From the IMG/VR virus record IMGVR_UViG_3300045988_183986: 64,000 nucleotides of DNA; one strand, given 5' to 3'. The notes beneath the pieces are model-generated. The model was not told the origin of the DNA. It saw nothing but the letters and a program-made list of their open reading frames with translations, and did not search any database. The translations under genes and the position numbers were made by a program. This document shows positions 35,991-47,300 of this stretch, piece after piece (the first letter of the stretch is position 1; each line of letters begins with the position of its first letter). The stretch is from a virus.

Positions 35991-38900
35991 TTACTGCTTC
36001 TTTTCCTCGGTTTTATCCTCGGTCTTTTCAGCAGCTTTTTCTTCGCTATCGCCCTTCTTCTTCTTAACGATGACAAATGCGCCAACGCCAATCAGAGCAA
36101 CAACAACGATAACAGGAACGATGATGTCTGCGCCAAAACCAACGCCAGTCTTGTAGTTGACTACAACAGGTGCCGGAGTGGGAGCAGGTTCATTCTTGAC
36201 TACAGGAGTCGGAGTCGGTCTGCTTTCTTCCGGAGGATTCTCCAGCTTAACGCTTGCTACCCGGACATCGCCGTAGTTGCCTGCCTTATCGACTGTACGG
36301 GTCACAATGTAACCAGTCCAATCGGGGCTCAGCTTGAAGGTAACGTAACCGTTGTCCTTATCAATGCTTGTGACATTGACAGTCTCGAACTTGGTTTCGT
36401 CGAAGGTGTAATCGCCCTTAGCACTCTTGGCAATAGCAGAACCATTGACCTTGTAATACTGAATCTTAGCAACACCGGAGTTGTACTCGCCATCCAGAGC
36501 GGAGATAGCAGGAACGGAATCCTTGACCTTTACAACAGGCACGAAGTCGGGGTCTTCGGTATCATCCTTGCCACCGTTTTCGTCGGGAGTAGCAACGACA
36601 TCGTTACCGTTTTCGTCACCGGTCTCGTCGCCAGTTGTGAAGAGAGCGGGCTTGCCATGAGCAATACGAAGCGTAGTGGCTTCGGTCTTGTCATTGGTCG
36701 TTTCGGTCTTCTCGGACTCGGCGGGAACCTTCTCATCGGTACCGGATTCGGTTTCATCCTTCTTACCGGAATCTTCCTTCTTGTCGGTATCGTTCTTCTT
36801 ATCGTCCTTCTTATCGTTGTCCTTTTCGGGAGCCTTGCCGGTCTCTTCACCAGTAATGAACACATTGATGGTGCTCTCGAACTTGACAAACTTTTCGTTC
36901 AGCAAGTCGGTCTTATTGGTAGAATCAACCTTATCGGCAGCGAAAGCGGAAGCAACGACAGGAGCTTCGGTATCAAGAGAAGTGATGATAGTTCCCATCT
37001 CGGTAATGGCACCGGTCTTCAGGTCAATCAGGTAATAGGTAGAAGTAACCTTCTCACTATTAGCGGAAATGACCATCTTCTCGGCCCACTCAGCATCGGT
37101 CAGGGAATCGCTGGTTCCGATTGCGTAACCCTTAGGAGCGATAACTTCAACCTTAGAGTTGAAGTACAGGCCACTCAGGTCATCAGTCGTCTTCTTGGTA
37201 ACCTCAACAGGCTTACCGGTCTTTTCGTCAGCCACAGTACCAACGATAGTTGCGGGCTCTACATCGGCAAGATGCAGACGCTGAACTTCGAGGTCTCCGG
37301 TGGTAGGTAGGTAATTGTAGTTGTCGTAAGCGCCGCCAACATACTTGAAAGCGTCCTTCGTCAAGCCAACATTACCGAAGATACCATCGATGCTGGAAGC
37401 AACAATGAGTTCGAAGGAAGGCAGCTTAACGGTTTCAGCAGTCTCGTCGAAAGCGTAACCACTGGTCTTGATTTCGGGAATCTCCGTCTTAGTGCCATAC
37501 AGCTTGACGACGGGGTTCGGGTCGAGAGTAACCGTCAGGTCTTTACGAGCAATAACGAACTGACCATCGGCTTCGTTCTTATCGGCATCAACGACCTTGA
37601 TGGTTACTGCGTAATTCTGCTCAACAGCAGCATCGTAATCAGAAGTAACGGTGTAGGTGTAAGTACCAGCGTTCTTGACGTTTTCAGTCTTGAATTGGCT
37701 GTCACTCTCCACGCCGTCATCGCCGCTTGCGATATCAGGAGTCAGAGTAGCCTTTGCATCAGCGGTCAAGGGAGCAGTCTGTGCATTGTCGGTGGTCTTG
37801 TCGTTCTCGAAAGGAGTATAAACAAGTGCCATCTTCAGACCCAGAGAATCAGGTTTGACAGCTGCACCGTGTGTACCGTCGCCATTAGTGGCAACAGCAT
37901 TAACGGTGAAATCGGGGTTAGTGGTATCGCCATAGACGATATCCTTGGGCTCGGTGACAGTGACTTCTACCAGACGCTCGCCAATGGTGTAGACGCCATT
38001 GACAATCGTAATCAGGTAATCGTCATTGTCGTAAGAACCGACCATGTCGTATGCACCGTAATTCTTGACAGATTCGGGCACGCTCTCCGCAACCAGAGAA
38101 GCAGCACCATCAGCAGACTTCATGGAAATCTTTTCGGCAACCGCGTTCTCAACATCCTTCTGAGTGATGCTGATAATAGCTTTCAGGTCATCGCCATTTA
38201 CGATGGTCTTCTTATCGGCATCGCCAGTATAGGTAAGAGTATTGCTCAGTTCAGCCATTTCATTGCCGTAGACAGAACCAACAGTGCCGATGGTCCAAGT
38301 CAGAGGACGCTGAGTGACCGTGTAAGTGCCGTTCATAGCAGTTACCAGATAATCCTGATAAGAAGCTTGACCGACGCGGTGAGCCAGACCGGAGAAGGAA
38401 GGAACAATGTCATAGCCTCCGACATGGCTTGCAGAAGTGACGAGGCACAGGTTCGTGCCTTCCAGAATATCACCATTGACCAGAGCTGCCTTGGCAGTGT
38501 CACCAGTGTATTCCAGAACGTTCACGGTGCCGTAATCAGACCAATCTTCAACAGCAACATCGTCGCCATAGATAGAAGTCTGGGGCTTAGCGGTGACAGT
38601 GATGGGACGCTTGTCGATAACAAAATCAACGGGAGCGTAAACAAAGGTGTAGTTGTTTGCTGCGGCATTCTCAACATTTGCAGGAACGACCTTGCCGGTA
38701 CCAGCGTGAGAAGCTACCGTTGCGGGAGCTCCCTCAGCATCTGTGAAGTTGAAGGTCAGGTTTGCAATGCTCAGGACACCAGCATCATCAGGAGTGGTGT
38801 TGCCCTTGACGGGTTTCACAACGAATCCATCGAAAATCAGGTCGTCGCCGGAGAGAACAGGGTTCTCATCGCCGTAAATCTTGCTCTGGGGAGCCAGAGT

Positions 38901-41900
38901 AACATTCAGCGTAGCAGGAGTGATTTCAAAGGTGTTGTTTACGCGGGTGATATTGAAGTTGGCATCATCGCCCTCGATAATCATCGGGTGCTTGCCGACA
39001 TCTTCACCAGCATCGGTGCCAGCGTCAGGACGAACAACCTTCAGATTTGCAAGGTCGCCTGCATCCTCGCTCACATAGTAAGCGCCGTCACCAGTTGCAG
39101 TCCAAGTCAGTTCGGGGTCAGCCTCGCCGTAGACCTTCTTCTGGCCTTCGTCAACAACCACGATTACATCGCGCTTATCGACATGCAGAGAACCATCAAC
39201 AAAGACAATGGGGTCATAGTTCTTTGCGCCCTTGTTTTCCAGACCGCTCATGGTGATGACATAATCGCCAGCAGCAGGACGAGCAGGAATCTCGGACAGA
39301 GAACCGTCAGCATTCTTGATGTTGTAGACAACCGAGCCAGTGAATGCGGAAGCAACGGTGTCATTGTTCTTCAAGCCAGTAACGGTGTAGCTGAACGTGG
39401 GAACGGTGCCGCCATAAATCATGGAGTAACCGCCAGCCACAGTAAAGGTGACCTTAACGGGCTTGATGGTCAGAGTAGCAACTTCCATAGCTTCGGGCTC
39501 GGTGGTGGAAGAACCAACATCGACGGAAGTGCCGGAGCCAGTCACGATGGTGATGGCGTAGTTGCCGTACTTGTTGTACAGAGTAGAGCTGATGGGATAT
39601 TCACCGACATCCTCACCGGCTTTGCGAGTGACAGAACCACTCAGAGCACCAGTAGTCAGTTCCAGCGTATTCTTCTTCAGACCATCGTTGGAAATGTTGC
39701 CGGAAATCTCGCTGTAAGAGAATGCGGGGTCTGCATCGCCGTAATCCTTCTCGTAGTTGGAGAAAGTCAGGGTGATGGGACGAGGAGTGATGGTGATGGT
39801 AGAATCAATCACCGTCAGGTCGTAGTTGGCAGGCTGTGCGTAGATAGCTTTCAGAGCATAAGTGCCAACGCTTGCGGAAGCAGAAGTTGCACCGGAAGTC
39901 AGGGTAATGCCCTTAAGAATCTTTTCGGCTTCTGCTGCCTGAACATCAGTAGTAGTCAGCAGACCAGTGCCGCCCTTGATGTAATCCTTCACGTTCATAG
40001 AAGTGAGGGTCTCACCATAGGTCTTTTCGGTTTCAAGCAGGTTGATAACGGCAGTACGCTTATTGATGGTGAAGCGAACATCATTGGTGAAGCTGATACG
40101 ATAGTTCTTTGCCATCGTCTGCTCATAGATGTTACCGCTGTAAATCGGATAAGTGCCAGCGTTCTCGCCTGCTTCACGGCTCAGACGAGCCTGTGCGAAG
40201 TCGGCCTTGGGTTCTGCGAAGCTGGTGGTGTTGTAGTCGAAGATGACATAGGTATCGTTGACTGCAAAGCTGGGGTCAGTCTCGCCGTAAGTCTTGGACA
40301 GGCCATAGCGAGGAGTGATGGTCAGGGGCATCTGATGAACAATCAGCATGTTCTTGCCATCGGGCTCAGACAGCTTAACGCTGTTTGCGGGCTGGTTATC
40401 CAGACGGAAGGTCAGGTTGTAAGAACCTGCATCGTACAGACCAGAAGCGTTCGCAGTAGCCTCAACGGCGATACGAACAACACCCAGAGAAACATCCTTG
40501 CCGTCCATCTTGATGTTGACGGTTTCGCCATCGTGGTAAATCTGAGTGCCATCGGAGGTATTCACGTTGACGGAAACTTCCTTGGCGATGGTATCGGGCT
40601 TCTTCTCACCGTAAGTAGTCTGCAGTGCGTTGAAGGTGACAGAGACATCAGCCTCGGTGACTTGGAACGTAGCCTGCGGAGCAATCGTTACGATGTAGTT
40701 GGGGTTCTCATCATAAGAGATGGTAGCCTCATAGTTGCCGACAACCGTAGTGGGGTCTTCCCACTTGGTCAGGTCGATGTGGATGTTCAGCGGGCTGCCC
40801 TGCGGGTCAACCACATTGATAGCCTGAGAACCGGTCTCGTCATACAGCGCATAGCTGGGGGTGTTCTTACCGGCAACGCCATACTTACGGACGCTGTTGG
40901 TAGTACCCTTGATGGTGACAGGCAGTGCATTGATAGTCAGCGTACCGCTTGTACCATCGCTGTAAGTGCCGGTATAAACGATGTTGTAGTTGGGGTTGGT
41001 GTAACCGGAAACAACAATAGGATAGGTACCGACACCAGTCAGCTTACCAACGGTATTGTCAACGCCATACTTGATGGTGACAGTGCCGCCCAGAGAAGCG
41101 ACGGTATCATGGATGCCGATTTCATCGTTGCTTGCGAAGTTCTTGTATTCCAGTGCGCCGGTAATGTCGGCATCGCTGGGATTCTCTGCGCCATACAGAC
41201 GCTCACGGTTCGGAACGGTGATGGTCAGAGTACGCTTGGTGATAGTGTACTTATCGGGAGCATTGAAGGTGATGTCGTAGTTCTTGGCGATTTCAGCAGT
41301 CTGGAACTGTGCATCGCTGTAAGCGTAAGAGCCAACAGTCTCGCCGACCTCACGAGTCACAACGCAGCCAGCAAAGTCGGAACCAACACGGCCACCCTTG
41401 CCATTGACGGGGTCAAGAGTAAAGGCAACGCCGCCCTTGGCATCACTGTCGCCGTAAACCTTCGTCTGACCGCCCATCACATTGATGGCGATAGGACGCT
41501 TGGTAACGGTCAGCTTGCTGTTGACAAAACGAACCAGATAGTTGTCGTAACGGTCGTAGTTCTTGCCATCGGCATTGGGGTCCCAGTCAGAAGACCAACG
41601 CTCCTGAGAAGCACCCTGCACAGATGCGCTGACGGTGTATTCGCCAACATTGGCAGTTGTAGGAGTGCCGCTGTTACCAGCCGCATCTACCATAGTAAAG
41701 CCAAGCTTGTCCTCGGTCAAACCGATGCTTGCCTGTGTATCGTTCAGCTTGAAACCTTCGATGGATTTAATCTTGCCGGAACGAGCAGCGCCATACATTG
41801 CGGACAGGTCATCGAGAGTGACAGTCAGCATTGCAGGATGGATGATGTACTTGCTGTTGATGACCTTGACGTCATAGTAAGCAGTGCATGCAGGGGGAAC

Positions 41901-43943
41901 TTCGACAGTCATCGGATATTCGCCAACATTCTTATTGTCGATATCCTGACGCTGTGTTGTCAGAACCATGCTGACCAGCTTGTTCACACCGTCATCAGCG
42001 GTGATGTCGGAACCGGCGACAATACGCTTATCGGAGGCCACTGCCTGAGCAGCACCGTTATAAGCAACAGCGTCGAAGGTGATGGTGGAAGACTTGCCCT
42101 TTTCAGCCTCACCATAGATGGCATCAATCTGGTCATTGGTGATGGTTACGTTACGCTTGGTAATTTCAAACGTTGCGGTAGCAAGGTTGATGTTATAACC
42201 ATTGATAGGCGCATTCGTCTGGATATTGCCGATTGTAACAGTGTAGCCACCGGGAGCAGAGGTGATGCTGGGCAGAACAACGGTGGGTTCACCGCTCAGA
42301 CCAAGCATCTCTTTCAGAGCAACTGCGTTGGACTTGTGCTCGTTGTTGGTCTTATACTCGAAATTGGTTTTATCGGTATCAGACCAACCGGTAATCACGA
42401 AGTCAACCTGAGGATTCTGCTGACCATACTGACGAGTGGCTTTGCTGCCGGTCGTCTGTACGCCATCATTGCCCTTGAAGACAAATACAGGAGTCAGGGT
42501 CAGAGTCTTTTCAGAAACGACAACATACACATCGCCGGTATTGGGCTGAATGTCGATGTTGTAGTTCGTGTTGCTCTTCGCGGAGGAACCTAAGATGATT
42601 TTGTAAGAACCGGTAGTGTCCTTATCGAAGTTCTCTGTGGTCAGAACATCCGCAGGAAGCAGGTCGCCGTCAACCAGACCACCATTGGTATCCATAACGG
42701 TGTAGTTAATCTGGCTGATGGTATTGCCCTTCGTAACATAGGTGGTATGAGGGACAATGTAAATCTGACGCTTGTTGATAGTCACACCCGTGTCATTGCG
42801 GATGTTCTTGGAAGAATCCAAGTTGGAACCATCAATGATGGTGTAATTCAGACCATTCACAGTAACGCTTGTGGCACCTGTATCAACATAAGTCGGATAA
42901 GTACCGGCATTGCAATGAATGTCTGTGGGATTCTGGCCGTCGCCATCAGCCGGAGCATACATGATGAAGCTCAGACCGTCGATAGCTGCCTGAATATCCT
43001 TTTCGACTTCCTGAGAAGTACGGGAATCAGCAGTGCTGTATTCGATGGTCAGACCCTTAGACTTGAAAGAGTCACCGTAGGTGTAGGTAACAGTCTGAGG
43101 CAGAATGCGAATGACATTCTCCTGACCGCTAATCTTGGTATACTGAATACCCGTGCCTGCGGCAATCTGCTTACCAGTCTCAGCAGCGGTGATTGCCTGA
43201 TAGTCCCCGATGACAGTCGTAGAACCGCCGCCATCAAACGCGCTGGCACCGCTGTTGTCTACGGGGTTTTCCTGACGGTCGCAAACCTGCAGATACAGGT
43301 CAGACATGTCAAGGTATGCATTCATGACGGGCTCGGCGACCTGCTCATCCTCGCTCAGAGAATAATACATGTCTTCAATGGGTTCCCAGTCATAAACTGC
43401 ATCCAGTTCCTCAGTGCGACGCGTGACCATCGCATCAAGAACCGCGTTTTCCTTGTCAGCCTGCCATGCCTTGCTTGCAAGACCGAAGTTGTTTGCAGCA
43501 GTCAGAATTTCATCTTTACGGCTTACAAGGGCGTTAGCCGCATCGATAAATGCCTGTGCTGCTTCACTGATGCTGCCAGTGGTAGAAGCTTCGCTGGAAG
43601 TGCTGGTGCTTGCACCAGTATCAGAGGCAGCACTGTTTGCGTAGGCAGTGGTCGTTTCAGACCCCGCCTGACTTGTAGCCTCAGAAGAAACATCGCTCGT
43701 CACAGAAGTGTCGCTGGACGCGGAACTTGCTGTGTCGGTAACATCGCTTTTCGGCGCGGGAGTAGTAGCGGAAGAGTCGGAGTTTGTTGTCGTAGTGCTG
43801 AGTGCATCAGTTTCCTTCGGAGCTTCTTCACTCTGCGTGATTCCACTCGCGCTCTCCACTGCATAAGCAGTGACAGGAGCAAACTGAGACAGGCACATTG
43901 CTACGGCGACAATCGCACTCAAAAACCGCTTACGAGGTTTCTG
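35991..43943 (-). CDS. giant cell-wall-anchored adhesin (~2,650 aa) with MBG (YGX-type) repeats and C-terminal N-Y-K-T-G sorting signal
   Basis: ORF 35991..44009. Start MQKPRKRFLSAIVAVAMCLSQFAPVTAYA (signal peptide, AGGAGGG RBS). Ser/Thr-rich N-terminal stalk. >15 repeats with TxTKRPxT...KxYGxxDP signature. C-terminus PTPAPVVVNYKTGVGFGADIIVPVIVVVALIGVGAFVIVKKKKGD. Confidence 0.85.
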   Translation of the reverse strand, partial: QKPRKRFLSAIVAVAMCLSQFAPVTAYAVESASGITQSEEAPKETDALSTTTTNSDSSATTPAPKSDVTDTASSASSDTSVTSDVSSEATSQAGSETTTAYANSAASDTGASTSTSSEASTTGSISEAAQAFIDAANALVSRKDEILTAANNFGLASKAWQADKENAVLDAMVTRRTEELDAVYDWEPIEDMYYSLSEDEQVAEPVMNAYLDMSDLYLQVCDRQENPVDNSGASAFDGGGSTTVIGDYQAITAAETGKQIAAGTGIQYTKISGQENVIRILPQTVTYTYGDSFKSKGLTIEYSTADSRTSQEVEKDIQAAIDGLSFIMYAPADGDGQNPTDIHCNAGTYPTYVDTGATSVTVNGLNYTIIDGSNLDSSKNIRNDTGVTINKRQIYIVPHTTYVTKGNTISQINYTVMDTNGGLVDGDLLPADVLTTENFDKDTTGSYKIILGSSAKSNTNYNIDIQPNTGDVYVVVSEKTLTLTPVFVFKGNDGVQTTGSKATRQYGQQNPQVDFVITGWSDTDKTNFEYKTNNEHKSNAVALKEMLGLSGEPTVVLPSITSAPGGYTVTIGNIQTNAPINGYNINLATATFEITKRNVTITNDQIDAIYGEAEKGKSSTITFDAVAYNGAAQAVASDKRIVAGSDITADDGVNKLVSMVLTTQRQDIDNKNVGEYPMTVEVPPACTAYYDVKVINSKYIIHPAMLTVTLDDLSAMYGAARSGKIKSIEGFKLNDTQASIGLTEDKLGFTMVDAAGNSGTPTTANVGEYTVSASVQGASQERWSSDWDPNADGKNYDRYDNYLVRFVNSKLTVTKRPIAINVMGGQTKVYGDSDAKGGVAFTLDPVNGKGGRVGSDFAGCVVTREVGETVGSYAYSDAQFQTAEIAKNYDITFNAPDKYTITKRTLTITVPNRERLYGAENPSDADITGALEYKNFASNDEIGIHDTVASLGGTVTIKYGVDNTVGKLTGVGTYPIVVSGYTNPNYNIVYTGTYSDGTSGTLTINALPVTIKGTTNSVRKYGVAGKNTPSYALYDETGSQAINVVDPQGSPLNIHIDLTKWEDPTTVVGNYEATISYDENPNYIVTIAPQATFQVTEADVSVTFNALQTTYGEKKPDTIAKEVSVNVNTSDGTQIYHDGETVNIKMDGKDVSLGVVRIAVEATANASGLYDAGSYNLTFRLDNQPANSVKLSEPDGKNMLIVHQMPLTITPRYGLSKTYGETDPSFAVNDTYVIFDYNTTSFAEPKADFAQARLSREAGENAGTYPIYSGNIYEQTMAKNYRISFTNDVRFTINKRTAVINLLETEKTYGETLTSMNVKDYIKGGTGLLTTTDVQAAEAEKILKGITLTSGATSASASVGTYALKAIYAQPANYDLTVIDSTITITPRPITLTFSNYEKDYGDADPAFSYSEISGNISNDGLKKNTLELTTGALSGSVTRKAGEDVGEYPISSTLYNKYGNYAITIVTGSGTSVDVGSSTTEPEAMEVATLTIKPVKVTFTVAGGYSMIYGGTVPTFSYTVTGLKNNDTVASAFTGSVVYNIKNADGSLSEIPARPAAGDYVITMSGLENKGAKNYDPIVFVDGSLHVDKRDVIVVVDEGQKKVYGEADPELTWTATGDGAYYVSEDAGDLANLKVVRPDAGTDAGEDVGKHPMIIEGDDANFNITRVNNTFEITPATLNVTLAPQSKIYGDENPVLSGDDLIFDGFVVKPVKGNTTPDDAGVLSIANLTFNFTDAEGAPATVASHAGTGKVVPANVENAAANNYTFVYAPVDFVIDKRPITVTAKPQTSIYGDDVAVEDWSDYGTVNVLEYTGDTAKAALVNGDILEGTNLCLVTSASHVGGYDIVPSFSGLAHRVGQASYQDYLVTAMNGTYTVTQRPLTWTIGTVGSVYGNEMAELSNTLTYTGDADKKTIVNGDDLKAIISITQKDVENAVAEKISMKSADGAASLVAESVPESVKNYGAYDMVGSYDNDDYLITIVNGVYTIGERLVEVTVTEPKDIVYGDTTNPDFTVNAVATNGDGTHGAAVKPDSLGLKMALVYTPFENDKTTDNAQTAPLTADAKATLTPDIASGDDGVESDSQFKTENVKNAGTYTYTVTSDYDAAVEQNYAVTIKVVDADKNEADGQFVIARKDLTVTLDPNPVVKLYGTKTEIPEIKTSGYAFDETAETVKLPSFELIVASSIDGIFGNVGLTKDAFKYVGGAYDNYNYLPTTGDLEVQRLHLADVEPATIVGTVADEKTGKPVEVTKKTTDDLSGLYFNSKVEVIAPKGYAIGTSDSLTDAEWAEKMVISANSEKVTSTYYLIDLKTGAITEMGTIITSLDTEAPVVASAFAADKVDSTNKTDLLNEKFVKFESTINVFITGEETGKAPEKDNDKKDDKKNDTDKKEDSGKKDETESGTDEKVPAESEKTETTNDKTEATTLRIAHGKPALFTTGDETGDENGNDVVATPDENGGKDDTEDPDFVPVVKVKDSVPAISALDGEYNSGVAKIQYYKVNGSAIAKSAKGDYTFDETKFETVNVTSIDKDNGYVTFKLSPDWTGYIVTRTVDKAGNYGDVRVASVKLENPPEESRPTPTPVVKNEPAPTPAPVVVNYKTGVGFGADIIVPVIVVVALIGVGAFVIVKKKKGDSEEKAAEKTEDKTEEKKQ

Positions 43944-44087
43944 CATGTTAGTTGCCCTCCTAATAATGTGAGTGTTCTGTGGTTTTACCACAGCCGGATT
44001 TATATACACCCTTACCTACTCCCTAGTGTGCAGCCTCGATTGTAGATAAGAAAGTATATCAAAACACAAGCAATCAAATTGCATATT

Positions 44088-44120
44088 TACAATATGCCAC
44101 AAAAAGACAGAAAAGTCAAT
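44088..44120 (-). promoter_or_regulatory. degenerate class A-like promoter inside long 5' UTR
   Basis: TTGACTtttctgtctttttgTGGCATATTGT on minus strand. Confidence 0.3.
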
Positions 44121-44129
44121 CAAAAATTT

Positions 44130-44145
44130 TGGCACAAAAATGCCA
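44130..44145. promoter_or_regulatory. perfect palindrome TGGCA-N6-TGCCA in adhesin 5' UTR
   Basis: tggcacaaaaatgcca. Candidate operator. Confidence 0.3.
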
Positions 44146-44257
44146 CCCATGAACGCATTCTCATATTTCGTATGGACATGGATGGTTGAAACATTAACGC
44201 AAAACCTGCTTGACTATAGCTATTATTTGTTCTGAGAAATTTGATGCTGTATTTATA

Positions 44258-44292
44258 TCTATTATATTACTTACTTTGCAGCAACGGTCAAT
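44258..44292 (-). promoter_or_regulatory. class B promoter (TTGACC-gTTGCTGCAAAGtaag-TAATAT)
   Basis: Conserved TTGCTGCAAAG spacer. ~230-nt 5' UTR to the 2,650-aa adhesin gene. Confidence 0.5.
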
Positions 44293-44322
44293 AATTATTC
44301 TGAAAATTAGAAGTTTTTTACG

Positions 44323-44361
44323 CAAAAAAAAGAGCGGCAGCTCTTTCGAACCACCGCTCTA
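44323..44361 (-). terminator. rho-independent terminator after giant adhesin gene
   Basis: AGAGCGG...CCGCTCT stem followed by TTTTTTTT on minus strand. Confidence 0.5.
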
Positions 44362-44373
44362 TTGTTTTACCGC

Positions 44374-47300
44374 TTATTCAGCGGAATCATCCTTATGGTT
44401 ATCTTTGTTGTCGTTTTCGTCCTTCTTGCGCTTGTGGTTTACTACCACCAGAGCAGCGACGCCAATGCCAACCATTGCTACCAGCCCAACAATGCTCTGT
44501 GCAAATCCGATACCCGTCTTCTTGTTGCTCGTGAAGATAGAGAAGAGGGAGAAGGGTTTGCCGTCTACCTTGAAGATATCGAGCCAGCCAATCGGCGGGG
44601 TCTTGGGCTTCTCAGTAGGAACAGGGGTCGGAGTAGGCTTCGGGTTGTCGGGAGTCGGAGTCGGTTTAGGCTCGTCAGGCGTTGTGGGAGTAGAGGGTTT
44701 CACAACAGGGACTTTCACCTCGTTGGAAGGTTTCTCTACATCTTCATCAATCGGCTTGGACGGGTCCTTACCATGACCCGGATTCTCGGGGTCTTCGGGA
44801 TTCTGACCCGGAGCCTTAGCGACAGCCACGTTAATGACATCGTGTCCGGCATCCGCGTCAACGGCAACATAAGAATAGGTCAGAGTGAAGGATTCGCCAA
44901 CAGGGATACGAGCAATAGTGAACGTTGTCGTTGCGCTATTGTAAGTATATCCATCACCGTTCTGAGCTTCAATATGGCTTTCGCCGTCATTGTTGTCCTT
45001 TACGGTTACATTGACAAGGTCTACTTCACCAGTATTGGTTACTACCACACGATAATTGATGGTTTCACCGACATTGACTTTCGTCTTGTCAGCACTCTTC
45101 ACAATCGTGAGGCTCTTTTCGAGCGGAACATCCGTTTCCGTACCGGAACCCGGAACTTCCACATCGACCTTGTTGGACGGAATATCCGTATCAGGGTCAA
45201 TCGGTTTCGTCGGGTCTTTACCCTGTCCGGGATTCTCCGGGTCTTCAGGGTTCGTACCGGGAACATGAATCGTCGCTACGTTTTCAAGAATGTGCGTGGT
45301 CACATCGGCGATACCGACAGTATAAGCGTAGTGGACAACCACATCGCCGCCAGCAGGAATCGTGTCGATGGTGAATACACCATTCTCATAGTGATAACCA
45401 GCGCCATCCACTGCGAAAATGCTTCCGGAGAAGTTATTCTCATCAGTCAGAGCAGCATTCTGAATATCGTGGTCTTTGCCATTGTGTACCGTTACGGTAT
45501 AGGTGACAGTCTCACCCAGCTTTGCGACAGTCTTGTTTGCAGACTTCCAGATGGTGACAACGCCATCATCAGGCTTCTTCACATCGACTGTATTGGACGG
45601 GATATTATACTGCTCGCCATCGTGCGTGTACTTAATGGTTGCGGTATTCTCCATAACGCTCTCATCGGTCGTCTCTACCGTATAGGTATAAACGATATCA
45701 AGAGCCTCACCGGCATCCAGATAACCGATAGTCCAAGTACCGTCTCCGTTATAGGTATAGCGGTTAGAACTCTCAGCCGTAACATCACCCGCAAAGTTGT
45801 TATGGTCTGCGACAGTGATATCGTTTACGGTTTTGTCTGTCGTATTCTTCACCGTAATGGTGTAGGTCACAACATCTGTCACCTTAGCGATATACTTATC
45901 GGCATCCTTTTCAACATCGATAGGCGGTGTCGGGTCTTTCACAACAGCAGCGTTCAGAACCTTAGGAGCATCAGCGGTAACTACCACATAGGTGAAGTTA
46001 AGCGTTACGCTCTCGCCAGCCTTTACAGTGCTGATGGTATAGGAGTTGTCGCCGTTATCCGCAACACCATCCATAGGTACGAAGTTGAGCGTTCCGTTGC
46101 CATCGAAGAAGTCTTCGACAACAACATTTTCCGCATCAATCTTGCCCTTGTTGGCGACAGTAACCATATAGTTGAGCGTATCGCCAACCTTGGCTTCTGC
46201 CTTATCAACGGACTTGGTGATTTCGATTACAGGAATCTCTGTTTCGGTTTCAGAGCCGGAAACTTCCACATCAACCTTGTTGGACGGAATCTCCGTATCG
46301 GGGTCAATGGGTTTCTCGGGGTCTTTGCCGTGACCCGGATTATTCGGGTCTTCGGGATTCGTGCCGGGAACATGGATTGTTGCAATGTTTTCGAGAATCT
46401 GCGTGGGCACATCAGCAATTTCAACCGTATAGGTGTAGTGGATAACCACATCACCGCCTGCGGGAATCTTATTGATTGTGAATTCGCCGTTCTCGAAGGT
46501 GTAATCTGCACCTTCAACGCTTACGATTTCGCCAGCAAAGTTGTTGGTGTCTGTCAGACGAGCGTTTTCGATGTCGTGATTCTTTCCGTTATGAACCGTG
46601 ACGGTATAGGTTACAACCTCACCCGGCTCAGCCTTTGTCTTATCTGCAGCCTTGCGGATGGTAACAACACCATCATCGGGCTTCTCGACATCGACGGGGT
46701 TAGAGGGGATATTGTAATCTGTGCCATCCTTGCTGTAAGTCACATTTGCAATGTTTTCGATGACGGTGGCATCCTCAGCCTGCATCGTATAGGTGTAGGT
46801 GATATGGATGGTCTCGCCAGCGGCAATAGTCGGAATAGTCCATGTCTTATTGCCATTGTAAGTGTACTTGTCAGCGTTTTCGGCCTTGATTTCGCCCTTG
46901 AAGTTGTTAGTATCGGTGACAGTTACATTGTCAACAGGCTCAGAAGTGGTGTTCTTCACGGAAATCGTGTAGGTTACAACCTCATCAACCTTTGCAATGT
47001 GCTTGTCGGCTTCCTTCTCGACGTCAACAGGCGGTGTCGGGTCTTTGATTACTGCGGCGTTCAGTACGAGAGGTTCGTCTCCTTCAACTACAACATAGCT
47101 GAAACGAAGCTTTACGCTCTCCCCTGCCTTGACCGTAGAAATAGTGTAGGTGTTGTCTCCGTTATCTGTCACACCATCCATGGCCTTGAAGTTCAGCGTT
47201 CCGTTTCCGTCAAAGAAGTCCTTAATCAGGATATTCTCAGCATCCGCGTTACCGCCGTTCTTGACAGTGACGGTGTAGTTTAGCGTATCACCAATCTTGG

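Noticed and set aside
35991-44009. LPXTG motif in the giant proteins
   Set aside because: No LPXTG found in either C-terminus. Both instead carry N-x-K-T-G before the TM/basic tail.
3905-44292. Dispersed 20-bp motif CTTTGCAGCAATTTGCAAG as a CRISPR-like or MITE repeat
   Set aside because: Copies are kilobases apart with no regular spacers. Each sits at promoter distance upstream of a minus-strand gene with proper -35/-10 spacing, so a promoter/operator interpretation fits better.
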